Below are positions 13,393-27,435 of a DNA stretch of 64,000 bases, piece by piece. The stretch is taken from contig NC_058383.1 of NCBI RefSeq assembly GCF_018350175.1, positions 30,754,001 through 30,818,000 on the forward strand. The letters are read 5' to 3'. Source of the stretch: Felis catus. Its lineage: Eukaryota. A program made the position numbers and the translations under genes. The notes beneath the pieces are model-generated. The model was not told where the DNA came from, did not search any database, and was given only the letters and a program-made list of their open reading frames with translations. Every line of letters begins with the position of its first letter. Position 1 is the stretch's first letter.

Positions 13393-16264
13393 TGAAAAAC
13401 ATTCCAAGTTTATGGATTGAAAGAATATTGTTGATATGTCAATACTACCGAAAGCAATCTACACAGCCAATGCAATCCCAATCAAAATTCCATTGGCATT
13501 CTTCTCAAAGCTAGAAAAAACAGTCCTAAAATTTATATGGAACCACAAAAGACCCCAAATAGCCAAAGTAATATTGAAGAAAAAAACCAAAGCGGGAGGC
13601 ATCACAGTCCCAGACTTTAGCCTCTACTACAAAGCTGTAATCATCAAGCCAGTATGGTATTGGCACAAAAACGGACACACAGACCAATGGAATAGAATAG
13701 AGAATCCAGAATTGTACCCACAAATGTATGGCCAACTCATCTTTGACAAAGCAGGAAAGAGCATCCAATGGAAAAAAAGACAGTCTGTTTAGCAAATGGT
13801 GGTGGGGGAGACCTGGACAGCAACATGCAGAAGAATGAAACTAGACCACTTTCTTACACCAAACACAAAAATAAACTCAAAATGTATGAAAGACCTAAAT
13901 GTGAGACAGGAAGCCATCAAAACCCTGGAGGAGAAATCAGGCAACAACCTCTTTGACCTCAGCCACAGCAATTTCTTGCTCGACATGTCTCCAAAGGCAG
14001 GGGAATTAAAAGCAAAAATGAACTATTGGGACCTCATGAAGATAAAAAGCTTCTGCACTGCAAAGGAAACAATCAACAAAACTAAAAGGCAACCGATGGA
14101 ATGGAAAAAGATATTTGCAAATTACATATTGGATAAAGGGCTAGTATCCACAATCTGTAAAGAACTTAAACTCAACACCCGAAAAAAAAATAATCCAGTG
14201 AAGAAATGGGCAGAAAACATGAATAGACAGTTCTCTAAAGAAGACATCCACATGGCCAACAGGCACATGAAAAGATGCTCAATGTCACTCATCATCAGGG
14301 AACTACAAATCAAAACCACACTGAGATACCTCCTCACACTGGTCAGAGTGGATAAAATGAACAACTCAGGAGACTACAGATGCTGGCGAGAATGTGGAGA
14401 AATGGCAACCCTCTTGCACTGTTGGTGGGAATGCAAACTGGTACAGCTGCTCTGGAAGACAGTGTGGAAGTTCCTCAAAAAATTAAAAATAGATCTACCC
14501 TATGACCCAGAAATAGCACTACTAGGAATTTATCCAAGGGATACAGGAGTGCTGATGCCTAGGGGCACATGCGCCCCAATGTTTATAGCAGTGCTTTCAA
14601 CAATAGCCAAACTCTGGAAAGAGCTTAAATTTCCATCAACTGATGAATAGATACAGAAGATATGGTTTATATATACAAAGGAATACTACTTGGCAATAAG
14701 AAAACATGAAACTATGCCACTTGCAGCAACGTGGATGGAACTGGAAGGTATTATGGTGACTGAAATAAGTCAGTCAAAGAAAGACAGATAACCTATGTTT
14801 TCACTCATGTGTGGGTCTTGAGAAATTGAACAGAAGACCACGGGGGAAGAGAAGGGGAACAAAAAGAGTTACAAACAGAGTGAGAGGGAGGCAAACCATA
14901 AGAAACTCTTAAATACAGAGAACAAACTGAGGGTAGAAGGAGGGGTGGGGGAGAAGGAAAATGGATGATGGGCATTGAGGGCACTTGTTGGGATGAGCAC
15001 TGGGTGTTATATGTAAAGCAATCTGACAATAAATTGTATTTAAAAACAGAAAATCTACCCTACAAAACTTCCCTATATCTTCAGAGTTTTCCTCTGGGCT
15101 CATGATGACCTCTTTTGATTCTTGAGCCTCTATCCCAGTCTTACTGGGCTGACTTGTTCAGCAGGAAGCCTGGGCTACCTCATGTCTCACGCCAAGAACC
15201 TCAAACAAGTGAACTTCTGTGGTGTTGGAGATATACAAGCCCTTTCCTCCCAACTGTGGCTGGAAATAGCATCCATCGTCTAACGTGAAGGCTCCCCCTC
15301 CTGAATCCTTGTGTCCTGGGGCCAGCCTCCCCTTCTCCACCTCCCTGTATGGACCGTCTTCTCTAGGCAGCCGATCCCTTGTTGCACTGCTGTACCCCTC
15401 CTCAGTCAAGCTCCCCCACCCAAGCGCCCTGCCCGCGGCCTCCCAGTGTGGACCGGCCATGGCAGGTGGCCCCGTTTGGTGAGCAGGCCCAAGGTGGCTT
15501 TCCAGGTGGGGACCACAAACTGACAGCTAAGGGCATTGCCACGGATACCAGGGTCCCTTATGCTCCATCCTCAAGACTGTTCTTCCACCTAAACTGGGGT
15601 CACCAAGCCCGTGTCCTCGTCCTCGTCCTTGTCCTGCCCCTTCCCCCAAAGCGCCAGAGCAGATGGTGGTCATTTTCTCCCTCGCCTGCACCCCTCCTAA
15701 CTAACACACCTCGTCCCTCACTGGTGCCTCACCCCGCAGATGGTAAACGACAACCCCTGTGCCCTGGCACATGTGCCTCTGGGGACAGGGACATGCAGCA
15801 GCTTTAAGGAGTACAGAACAGCTTTTGGAGACTCCCAGTAGGACCCGGTGAAGCCCCTGCGGTAAAAGGGATGTGCCAAGAACCTCCAACAAGACCCCAC
15901 CTGCCTCTTTCATCGCCCCGCCCACCCACAGTCCTTGCGAGCAGCCACCACGACTGTCCCCTTGGTCCATCCGTGAGTCTTGTCCTCTGCCAGCACCTGT
16001 CCTGGCCTGTCCCCTTTTGCATGGATGCTGTGGTGGCCTCCTCCATGGTCTGCTTGCCACCAGCACATGGGCTGGGTGACCCTGGTGCCACCAGCACTTC
16101 TATCGCTCCGTCTGGGGTCTTGTGTTCCCATAGCACCCAGCACCAGGGAGCCTGGGAAGGTTCTGGGCGCGTTCATGTCCTGTTGCTGTAGGAGCAGACT
16201 GCCACCTTCACAGCAGCTGAAAAACTCTGTGAACTTCTCTTCCAGTTCTGTTGGGCACAAGCTT

Positions 16265-16610
16265 GAAACGAGGTCCCGCTGTGCTCAAAACGAAGGTGTT
16301 GGCAGGGCTGCGTTCTCTTCTCAAGGTTCATTTCTTGGCCCTTTCCTGCTTCTGGAAGCCACCTGTATTTCTTGGCTCTGGTCTTTCCTCCCCTGTAGCC
16401 CGTACCCGCAGGTAGAATCCTCCCTGGGCCTCTCTGTCCCCTTCAGCCTCCCCCTTCTGTTCTACGGGCCCCTGCGATTATGTTGGGCACAGTAATTCTA
16501 TCTGCGTACTTCCTTCCCCCTCGCCACGTGCATGACCTACCCACCACCCACCCCCGATTTGGGGATGGAGGCACGGGTATCTTGAGGAGCTGTTTTTACA
16601 CCTATCACAG
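16265..16610 (-). mobile_element. MaLR LTR remnant (MLT1-like)
   Basis: aaggtgttggcagggctgcgttc...ttctggaagccacctgtatttcttggctc. Confidence 0.7.
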
Positions 16611-18324
16611 TCTGTTGCTCAACTTAATTTTTGCCTACGTGGCGTGCGTGAATGGGTCCTCTTACCTCGGATTTGCTGGAGGCATATTTTGGGCTTAGAG
16701 GCAGCAATACCACACTCTTAAGAGTTGTTGACGTTGGGGGCGTCCTCCTGGCTTGGATCCCACGCGGGGGAAGCATGTGGGAAAAACACCAGATGTGCAG
16801 TCGAAAGCCCTGCGTTTGAATTTGGATCGATTGGCTGTGTGGCCCCGGACCCACGCTTACTGAATCTCCCTTGTCCCCTCAGAGTGCTTTCAAGAAGCGT
16901 GTCTTTGCCTGATGTAGCCGAACCAGGGAACAGGGAGTCTTGTGTGTGAGAATGAGTGCAGGAGGTCCCTGAGCTAAGCCATCGCACCTTTGAGAACTCT
17001 GCAGAACCAAGGCCCGGCTCTCTGCCTGGGCTTGGTTCTACGTTGATCCTCTGCCCAGAAAGGATGACACACTGCGACCCTTGGAGCCGGGCCAGTTACG
17101 CATCACTAGTGTTCTCCATGCAGCAACAACCCCTTAGCCATCCGCCAGGAGTGGATTTTTTGTTGTCTCAATAGGGCTTTCATCCGAAGGACAGTTTCAC
17201 AGAGGCATGCTTGCCATAGCCAAGCTCTACATGGAAGGCGGAATTCTGAAGGTTTTTATTAGCTCCCCTCGGATGGAAATCTGTGGCCTCTGTAAAGCCT
17301 GCCACGTGTGGTTGAGGAGGTGACCTTCAGCTCTAGGATGCTTTGTCAGTGCGACAGGTGGGAGATGGCGTCCAAGCCCTGTTTCTCTCGTCCTGGCGAG
17401 GGTCCTGCATGGGTGCATGGGGCTGCCTCTGCCCGGGGAAAGGCCGCCTTCTTTCTCCTTTGCACAAAGGCATGTTACGGGCGACTGAAGCTCTCCACGC
17501 ATGTAGGGTAGCATGGCAAGGTTCCCCCCAGTCTCCAACAGAGACCTGGAAAGCAAGCCTGCCCTACATCTACACAGACAGGGACCGTAAAGCGCTGTGG
17601 TTCGTATTTTGGGCCACATATAGAAATGGACACGGGCATTCGTGTGCTTCAAAATAACGGGCTCTGTTTATAATTGATTTCCAAAGAGCAATGGGAAATT
17701 TACATACCGATGTCCCCAGACCTGAGGGTTCTCCTCACTTCCTTCCACCATAGCCTGCCGGGTCAGGTTTGTCCCTCATGGGCTGGGTGGGGCTGTGGGA
17801 GGACTTGTTATGGCCCAAACATGTCCCCTTGAGGTCCCCGGGCAAGGAGGAGCCTGTCTCACCAAGCATGGGGTCCTGCCACGTCCCTCTCCCTAGGGGA
17901 GCCACACAGCCTGGGCTCCACAAAAACCTGTGTTTCACTCTGGGCTTGTAAGTCCCGAACCTGATGTACAATACGAAGCGTGACATCACCTCGCCACCGG
18001 CAAAGCCGTTCCTCCCAGGAGCTAGGGGTCACTGTCACTAACTGAATGCCTTCATTAAGTGACTCCCAGGTGAGGCCCTCAGTGTGAATGTGTGGGTCAG
18101 CTTTTTCCACCTGTTAAAGCAAAGTCAATGTCGCAGAGACTTCATCAGTCTTGGGTGGTTAATCTCTCTGAGGCACTTAGAATAGTGCCCGGGACATCGT
18201 GCTCAGTAAGGGTGACCTGCTGTGACGAGGATCCTAGGATGTGGTGCACTCTCTGCATAGGAATCTCTGCTCGAGACGACCTGAAATCGTACAGGTGGCA
18301 ACAGTATGTTTTCTTCCACTGAAA

Positions 18325-18492
18325 AGTTTATTTTGAGGGTGAGCGAGCGCAAGTGGGGGAGGGGCAGACAGACTCCCAAGGAGGCCTCCTGCTGTCAGTG
18401 CAGAGTCCGATGCAGGGTCAGTCTCAGGAGATCATGACCTGAGCCAAAATCGGGAGTCAGATGCTCAACCGACCGAGCCACCCAGGCGCCCC
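18325..18492 (-). mobile_element. Older SINEC
   Basis: gagccacccaggcgcccc end and SINE internal motifs. Confidence 0.88.
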
Positions 18493-18699
18493 CTCTAATT
18501 GCCGAAGGGTATTGCAGTGTGAACATAATGTATTTACTGCTTCTTGGACATTTGGGTTGTGCTCAGCTTTGGGCTATTTGGACACAGCACCTTTATGCCT
18601 TTCTTGTACAAGACTGGTTTTGGATAGGGATCTTCATTTCTCGAGGGACTCTCTGGTCCTATTTTCATTTTCCACACCTCCACTGGTGGTGGGGGAGGT

Positions 18700-20950
18700 G
18701 AATGGCTCCACATGTCTGCCCACATGTGATGTTTATGGTCCTAGAACCTCCTCTGTAAAGGGGCCTTCAGGTCTTTTGTTCCTTTCTTTCTTTGTCTTTT
18801 TATTCATATGTAATATTTGTTTATATGCCATAGATGTAAGTCCTTTGTCAGGTATATGTGTTATGACTTTCTTTTCTAGTTAATGGCTTACTTTATTTTT
18901 TTAACCAGTGTCCTTTGATGCATGGATATGTATATACGTTTTTGATGAAGTATAGTTTAACGTTTTACAACTTTAGTGATTAGTTCTTTTTGCCTCTTGG
19001 CGAAGAACTCTTTATCTCAAGATCATGAAGTTATACTCCTATGTTTCCTTTTTTTTTAATTTTTTTTTAACGTTTATTTATTTTTGAGACAGAGAGAGAC
19101 AGAGCATGAACGGGGGGAGGGTCAGAGAGAGGGAGACACAGAATCCGAAATAGGCTTCAGGCTCCAAGCTGTCAGCACAGAGCCCGATGCGGGGCTCGAA
19201 CTCACGGACCGCGAGATTGTGACCTGAGCCGAAGTCGGCCGCTCAACCGACTGAGCCACCCAGGTGCCCCTATGCTCCTATGTTTCTAGAATCTCTGTGG
19301 ATGGCTTTGGTCCATCTTGTTCTAACCCTTGTGTGTGAAGTGATCTATGAATTCAAAGTTCCCTTCTGTTCTATAGAAATACCTAGTTGTTTCTGCACTG
19401 CTCGTTAATTGTCCTTTCCACGTTAAATTGTCCGGCAACTTCTTTTTGGAACTTTATTTTGTAAGTGTGGGTCTATTTCACAGCTTGTCATTCTGTTGGT
19501 CTATTGGTCCTTATGTCAAGACTCTGCTTTCCAAAACTGTTTGGGTTGCTTTAGGTCACCTGTCTTCTCCTATAAAACTTATATTCATCTTGTCAGTTTC
19601 TACCATAAAATCTTGCTGTACTTTTTGAGATTGTTTTAGATCTGCAGGGGAATTGGAGAAGAAATTGACCTCTTAACAGTGAATTCTCCAACCCATGACA
19701 GAAGAGAGATCTTCATTTAGATCTTCTCTAGGGATGGGACATAATTTTCAGTGAAGCTTCTTCTAGCTCTTGGAATTTATTTGAGTGGTTTTTTTTGATG
19801 CTATTTTAAATGGTATTAAGTTTCATTTTTCAACTATTCACTGCTGATATCCTAGGAAAAAATGGATTTTTATCTTTTGACCTCCTTTCCTTCAGTATTG
19901 CTAAATTTGATTCTTATATCTAGTCAGGCTTTGTTCTGTTTTTGATAGAATGCTTAGGAGTTTTTACATACACAATGATCATAATTTATAAATAAAGTTT
20001 TAGCTCTTGCTAACTTTTGTGACTTGCATGTACTTCTCTTTCTATTGCATTAGCTACGATCTCTAGTAAAATGTTAAATCCAACTGGCCAGAACAGACCT
20101 CTTTTCCTTGTTCCCGATGTTAGGGGGGGACACAGTCTTTTCACCAAATTATGATAGCCGTAGGTTTTTGTGGATACACTTTATCAGGTTTTCTGGCAGT
20201 TGTCATAAGTGTATATTGATAGTTTTTCGAAGCTTTTTCTGCATCTATTGAAATAATTCTGTGGCCTTATTCCTTTATCTCTTAAGGTGATGAATTTTGT
20301 AATTTTCAGATGTTAAACCAATATTGTATTCCAGGATTAAACTTCACCTGATTGCAAGATTCAATTTTCTGAATATTTTGTTGAGAATGTTTGTGTATCT
20401 GTTCCCAAGCAATAGTGATCAGTAGCAGCTGTTTCTTGCAATGTCTCTGCTTGGTTTTGTGTTGGAACGATGCTGGCTTCTTAAAATGAGTTGGGAATGT
20501 TCTTTCATGAAGGCGTTGGTAAGGCATCCTTTTTGTCTGGTAAAATTCCTTAAATGATGGACAAAATTCACCAGTAGAGCCCTCTTGGCGTGGAGTTTTC
20601 TTTGCGGGAAGCTTTTAAATTATGGATTCAATTACTTTAATACATAAAAAAAAAAAAAAAAAAAAAAAACCTCTTGAGACTTTACATTTCTTCCTGGTCA
20701 GTTTTGGTAATTAGTTTAATTCCAGGAACATAGGGACTTAAAAAAAACTTGTCAAACTTATTGAAACAAGTGTTCATAAAATTATCTTTAATGTCTATAA
20801 GATGGTAGTGATGTGTTTTCACTTGTAGTATTCCCTTTAGACTGTTAATCCTTCTAAGCTAGTAGCGTATTAACGTTAACTTTTTCAAAGAATCAACCTA
20901 AAAACCTTTCCCTGTTATGTTTTCTCTGTAACTGATTTCTATTCCCTGCT
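18700..20950 (-). mobile_element. Ancient L1M ORF2 remnant
   Basis: T-rich plus strand; ORF 20306-20527 ends NQVKFNPGIQYWFNI (RT motif). Confidence 0.75.
19048..19270 (-). mobile_element. SINEC_Fc-type SINE
   Basis: TSD tatactcctatgtttc (19032-19047) / tatgctcctatgtttc (19271-19286). Confidence 0.95.
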
Positions 20951-21079
20951 TTAGAAGGGAAGCTGCCCACGTCTTTGTTCTTCTGACGTTCCCATTGCAC
21001 GGATGTTAGATGACTTGATTACTGCCCCCCCCCCCAAGGGCCACCCAGGTGGCTGTTCTCTCTCTGCTTCAGTTTGGAT

Positions 21080-24000
21080 CATTTCTTTTTTATTCGAGTG
21101 TAATTTACTTAGTGTTAGATTAGCGTCAGGTGTACAGTGACTCAGCATTGCTGTACGTGACTCAGCGCTCACCGCGGTAAGTGTTCTCTTCATTCCCTTC
21201 ACCTATTGTACCCCTGCCCCCACCCACCTCCCCTCTGGCGACCATCCCTTGTCTCTATTTATGAGTCTGTTTTGTTTCTCTTCTCGTCTCTGTTCATTTG
21301 TTTCGTTTCTCAAATTCCACATAGGAGTGAAATCCTCTGCTATTTCTTTCTCTGACTTCTCTCACTTAACTTTACACCTTATGGGTCTATCCATGTTGCA
21401 ATTGGCAAGATTTCAGTTTTTTACGGCTGAGTGATGTTTCATCCTATACTTTACCCATCTGTCTACGGATGGATGGATGCTTGGATCGCTTCCGTATCTT
21501 GGCTGTTTTAAATAATGCTGCAGTAAACATAAGGATGCCTTTATCTTTTTGAATTAGTGTTGTTTGTGTTCTTGGGGCACTCAGTAGAGGGTTATTGGAT
21601 CATAAGGTAGTTTTATTTGTACCTTTTTGAAGAACCTCCGTACTGTCTTCCACGGTGGCTGTGCCAGCTTGCATTCCCACCAACAGTGAGTGTGTGGTTT
21701 CTCCACATCCTCCCAATAATTACTTGTGTGTTTAAAAATGTTTTATTACTTATTTATTTTGAGAGAGAGTGAGCCTGAGAAGGGGAGGAGCAGTGAGAGA
21801 GGGAGAGAGAATCCCAAGCAGGTTCCATGCTCAACATAGAGCCCAATGCAGGGTTTCATCCCATGACCATGAGACCATGACCTGAGCTGAAATCAAGAGT
21901 TGGACGCTTAACAAACTGAGCCACCCAGGCGCCCCTTTGTTGTTTTTTTTTGATAATAGACATTCTGACAGATGTCAGGTGCATCTATTAAAATGGTCAT
22001 ACTTTTTTTTCATTATTTCTCTTATTGACGTGATATATCACATTGATTTGTGAATATTGAATCACCCTTGCATCCTTGGAAGAAATCCCCCTTGATCATA
22101 GTGAATGGTGTTCTTTAGTGTATTTTCAGATTTGTTTGGATAACATTTTGTTGAGGGTTTTCCCATCTATGATCATCAGAGATACTGGCCTATAGTTTTC
22201 TTTTTGTGTAGTGTCCTTATCTGGTCTTGTTATCTGGGTAATGGGGGCCACCTACAATGAATTTGAAAGCTTTGCTTCCTCTGTTTTGGAATAGTTTGAG
22301 ACTAACAGCATAAGGTGGTCAACCCATTCATTGTTTGGTAGCATGTTCTTTAGGCTTCATGTATTTGTGTTCTTGTTTTTTTTTGGCAGGGCGGAGGGGG
22401 TAGTTGTTTGCTAGTTTTATACTGTTGTGCTCAGAAAAGATCCAGGATATGATTTCAGTGTTCTTGAATGAATTGAGATTTGTTTTGTGACCTAGCATGT
22501 GATCTATTCTGGAGAATGTTCCATGTGCACTCAAAAAGAATGTATGCCACTGTTTTGGGATGGAATGTTCTAAATGTATCTGTTTTGTCCATCTGGTCCA
22601 GCGTGTTGTTCAAAGTCCTTGTTCCCTTGTTGAGTTTTCTATCTGGATGATCTAACCATTGATGTAAGTGGGGTGTTGAAGAGCCTTAGTATTATTGTAT
22701 TATTTTTTTCTTTTGTTTGTTAACAGTTGCTTTATGTATTTAGGTGTTCCTATGTTGGGTGTATATTTACGTTGTTATGTTCTCTTGTTGGATTGTCCCG
22801 TTTGATTATGTAGTGTCTTTCTCTGTCTCATGTTAAAGTCATTTTAAATGATAAAATACTGATGTTTTATCAGATATCAGTATTGCTACCCCAGCTTCTG
22901 TTGGCTTAATAAATGGGTTTCCATTCCTTTACTTTCAATTAGCAGGAGTCTTTATTTCTGAAGTAGATCTCTTGTAGTCTGCATATAGATGGGTCTTTCT
23001 TTTTTATCCTTTCAGCCACCTTCTGTCTCTTGATTAGAACTTTCAGTCCCTTTACATTTAGTTATTGATTGGCATATACTTATCGTCATTTTGTGACTTG
23101 TTTTATGGCTGTTTTGTAGTTCTTCTGTTCTTTTGCTTTTGCTCCTTTCCCTTATGGTTTGATGGCTTTCTTCAGTGATCTGCTTAGATGCCTTTTTCAT
23201 TTTTTTTGTGGAACTATGACAGGTTTTTGATTTGTGGTTACCATTTGGTTCATATATAACATCTGCCTGTAACAGTCTGTGTTAAGTTGATGGTTGCTTA
23301 ATTTTGAACCCCTTCTAAAAGCACATTTTTACCACTGCCCCACTGCACATCGTATATATATGATGTCCTACTTCACATACTTTTATTTGATAAATCCTGT
23401 GAGTGATTTTTACAGGTAAAGTTGCATTTTTGCTTTAACCTCTGTACTGGTTTCCTAAGTGATTAGTCTGTTGTGTTTGCATTTGTGTGTGAACTTTTTT
23501 CCCTCTCATTTCCTTACCCCATAAAGCCTTTAATTCCACACAAAGAATTCCCTTTAACATTTCTTGTAAGGCTGGTTTAATGGTGATGAACTCCTTTCAT
23601 TTTTGTCTGGGAAACTGTTGATCTCCACTTCTATTCTGAAGTGTGGCCTTGCTGCACAGAGTATTCTTGGTTGCAGGTGTTTCCCATTCAGCCCTTTGTA
23701 TATATCCTGCCACTCTTCTCTCGCCTGCAAAGTTTTTGCTGAACAGTCATCAGATAGCCTTATAGGATTTCCCCTATATGTAATGGTTTTCTTTTGTTGC
23801 TGTTAAAATCCTCTATCACTATTTTGGGTGGGGGCATTTTAATGGGTATATTTCTTCCTGTGGACTTTCTTAGGTTCATTTTGTTGGGGGTTCTCTGTGC
23901 CTCCTAGATCTTGATGTCTGCTTCCTTCCCCAGGTTAGGGAAGTTTACAGCTGCTATGTCCCACTTTTCTCTCTTCCCAGGATCTCTGTACTGTGAATGT

Positions 24001-25655
24001 TATCACACTTTAAGATTTCATGGAGTTCTCTTAACCAACTCTTATTTATTACTCCATTTTCTTTGTGATGTTCAGCTCCGTTACTTTCTGTTACTGTCTT
24101 CCACCTTGCTGATCTATTGTTCTGCTTCCTCTAGTCTACTATTGATTCCATCAAGTATATTTTTAATTTTGGTCACTGAGTTCTTCATCTGATTGGATCT
24201 TTTTAAAAATATCTTTGTTGAAGGTCTCACTGAGATCTTCCCCACCTTTAAGTCTATTATCTTTATGACCATAACTTTGGATTCTTCATCAGGTGTATTG
24301 TTAATCGGTTTCACTTAACTCACTTGCTGTGGGTTTGTCGTCTTCTGTCATTTGGGATCTATTCCTCTGTTTCCTCAATTTCTGTAACTCCATGTTTGCT
24401 TCTACATGTGAGGAAAGTCAGCTACATCTCCTGATCTTGAAAGTAACAGCCTTATGAAGAAGAGATCCTGTGGTGTCCCTTAGTACAATGACCCTACTCA
24501 CCAGAACCAAGCACTTCAGGGCTTATGTGTGCCCTACTATTGTGGCTGAACCACATCCACCTTCAGTCCAGTCATCTGCAGTGGCCCCTTTTGTTGACAC
24601 ATCAGGCAGACTTGGGCCCCTGTGCTTTTAAGGAGCCAGTGAGGCTGCCTTAGACTTGTAGTTGGGTGATGTCAGCACTCAGACCAGACACCTGGCCCCA
24701 GTCCACCTGCTGAGGCTGCAGTCCCTAGTTAGCAGAATGCTTTCTCTGTACTGCCAGCTCTCCAGTGTGGCTGCTAGGACTGTGGGTACCCTGGCATATG
24801 TGCTTATCTTCCTCTCTTCCTGGGGGCAGGAGTGTCTTTGGAGTGGGTGGTCCTTGCCAGGGATGCTTACAGGACGCAATGCACAAGGAGCCACTTTAGA
24901 GGGATTCCTCCTGAATGGTGTAGGTTGGATGGGACAGATCTGCAGGGAAATGTAGAGGTGGGGGGTCTGCAGTGTTAGCAAGGTTGGGGTTGGAGGTGTT
25001 CATGCTGGTTCCTGCAACTGTCAGGCTGTCTAGGTTGGGGGCAGGGTGGAAAACTGGGGCCTGCCAGCTCTTGTTGGAGAAATCTCAAGATCCTTGCCCC
25101 TCCAGGACATGTTCTGAGATTAATAAATAAATCTCTTTCTTACCCAAGGCACATGTTTCTATGTTGTATCTCAGTCCAGTTCTTTGTAACTGGCTCTTAC
25201 AGGATGGGACTCAGTTTCCTCTTGTCCTCCAGCTCTCCAAGAGCTAAGCTCACCAATTTTTAAGTCCCCAGAGTTGTAAGCCCTCCTGATTAAAGAAATT
25301 CATCAAGTTAAGCCCCACTGGTTCTCAAAGCCAAATATTACAGGGACTTCTCTCCTCAGTCCAGGTCTCCATGTCTGGGATGCCTGGTGTTGGGTCTGTT
25401 TTCTCCCTTCTCTTTGTTTATGGTATCCCTCCTGTTTGTGGTTCATCTCCCCAGGGATTTAGGTCCCAAGTGTGTGTCTGCCCCCTCTACCCTTTTTGAC
25501 ATGGCCTCCTGTCTGCAATTAACTGGGGAAGTTTGTTAATGCTGGTCCTCAAGTCATTTTGTGGGTTAGCTGCATTGACATGGGTGTTGTCTCAGTGTGT
25601 CCGTGGAATGAGTTGAACTTAGGATGCTCCTATTTTGCTACCTTCCCAGAAACCT
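21080..25655 (-). mobile_element. Older LINE-1 with large internal deletions (3' UTR, ORF2 pieces, ORF1, 5' UTR)
   Basis: 3' UTR ~21080-21990; SAHGTFSRIDHMLGHKTNLN (22328-22534); ORF1-like MKNSVTKIKNILDGINSRLEEAEQ (24114-24314); 5' UTR-like ~24420-25655. Confidence 0.8.
21738..21935 (-). mobile_element. Older SINEC
   Basis: gagccacccaggcgcccc end, (GA)n tract. Confidence 0.88.
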
Positions 25656-25769
25656 GTAAAATTTCATTTTTAAAAAATTAAGTGGCTTTAAAGGAAAATA
25701 TTAGGTAAATAATGGTGTACATGGATACAGCATTAGGCAGCAGGGCAGCTAAAGGATTAAAAAAAACCC

Positions 25770-26510
25770 ACTTTATTGAGAGATTTACATAACCTATAAT
25801 TCACCTCTTTAAAGTATATTTCAGTAGTTGGACACACAGTCTTTGTGATCACTATCATCAGTATCTAATTTTAAAATGTTCCCTTCATTACTGCCCTTAA
25901 CAACCAACAATCTGTTTTCTGTCTCCATGAAATTGCCTCTTATGGACATTCCATGGAAATGGAATCGTACCGTATTTGTCCTTGAGCATCTGGCTTCTTC
26001 CACATAGCTTGTTCTCAAGGTTCACCCATGTTGTATAGCGTGGCTGTGCTTTTTCTTCTCCTGGCCAACTAGTGTTCCACTGTATGGATGGACCACGTTT
26101 TGTTTAAAGGTTCATCAGTTTATGGACATGTAAGTTGTTTCTACTTTTTATTTTGGCTCGTGTGAATGTTATGTGCCTTTGTGTATAAATTTTGTACCAG
26201 TGTTTATTTTTAGTTTTCCTGGGTGTATTCCTAGGTGAGAATAGTTGGGTTGTATAGAGACTATGTTTAATCTTGTGAGGAACTTCCAGATTTTTCCAAG
26301 CAGCCTGTTTCACAACCCCACCAGCAATGCATGAGCTTTCTTAATTCTCGAAATCCTTGCCAACATTTGCTGTTGTCTCTTCTATTTTAGCCATCCTGGC
26401 AAGTGTGGAGTGGTGTTTCATTGTGATTTCAATTTGCATTTCCCTAATGACGAATGCTGTTGAGAATCTTCTCATGTGCTTAATGACCCTTAGTCTACTT
26501 TGGAGAAAGG
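25770..26510 (-). mobile_element. Ancient L1MB/MC-type 3' end fragment
   Basis: ORF2 C-terminal-like IREMQIEITMKHH and typical L1M 3' UTR text. Confidence 0.7.
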
Positions 26511-27211
26511 GAGGATTTTGAATTAAGGTGCACACGGTGAATGAATTTGTAGTTGGGACTTCATATTGGATGGGACGGCCTCAAAAGCAGGATGCTGAGC
26601 ACCTAATGCCTTTCCTGGCATACAGTAGTTCCTCAATGAAACATTACATTCTTCCCCATTAGCCTCGATTGTTCAAAGGGACTTTTCTTTGTGGAATCAA
26701 AATATGCCTTCCTAAAACTTGTACGTGTCAAGTTTTATCCACTCATTCATCAACCAATTCAACAAATACCTGGAACTCACCAGAGCAAGACCACCCTTTC
26801 CCTGGGGACAGCTGTCTGGGCGTCTGAAGCTAGCTGCCGTGCTTTGCCTTAATCTTCTCTCTCCTGAGCTAAACCTCTGTTAATGCCTTCAGACATCAAG
26901 ACATAGGCCCCCAACCCCACATTATCTGGTGGACCTTTCCAGGATTTTCTCTAGCGTAATAATGTCTTGTTACATAATTTCACCTGCAAACAAGATCACC
27001 AAATAACAGGAGCCTAAGCCAGCTTGAGACCATCTCTGCTCTGCAGGTTGTTCGAGGGCCCGGGCTCTTCCTGTCTTGTTCCTCTGCCATCCCTGATGTA
27101 TTGTTCTTGTCCTTGTGGCCCAAGAAAGTGTCCCCTCCTGGCCACATTCTAGCCAGCAGGATGGGGAAAGAGGAGGACAAGTATCTCTCCCTTGAAAGAA
27201 ATCACAAACAT

Positions 27212-27435
27212 GGGGTGCCTGGGTGGCTCATTCGGTTAAATGTCACATTCTCGATCTCAGCTCACATCATGATTTCGTGGTTTATGAGTTCGAGCCTTGC
27301 ATCAGGCTCTGCGCTGACAGCATGGAGCCTGCCTGGGATTCTCTCTCTCTCCCCATCTCTGCCCCTCCCTCATTTGCGTGTGCTTGCTCGCTCTCTCTCT
27401 CTCTCTCTCTCTCAAAAATAAATAAATAAACTTAA
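27212..27435 (+). mobile_element. Older SINEC
   Basis: ggggtgcctgggtggctca head, (CT)n, aaataaataaa tail. Confidence 0.9.

Larger units (their letters stand above)
10769..15050 (+). mobile_element. 5'-truncated LINE-1, copy B (starts in the ORF2 endonuclease domain)
   Basis: QKKAGVAILISD through the C-terminal ORF 13796-14650, 3' UTR and A tail ~15042-15053. Degenerate TSD taccctgcaaa (10758-10768) / taccctacaaa (15056-15066). Confidence 0.95.

Noticed and set aside
13796..14650. 284-aa ORF as a host gene
   Set aside because: It is the C-terminal fragment of a frameshifted L1 ORF2
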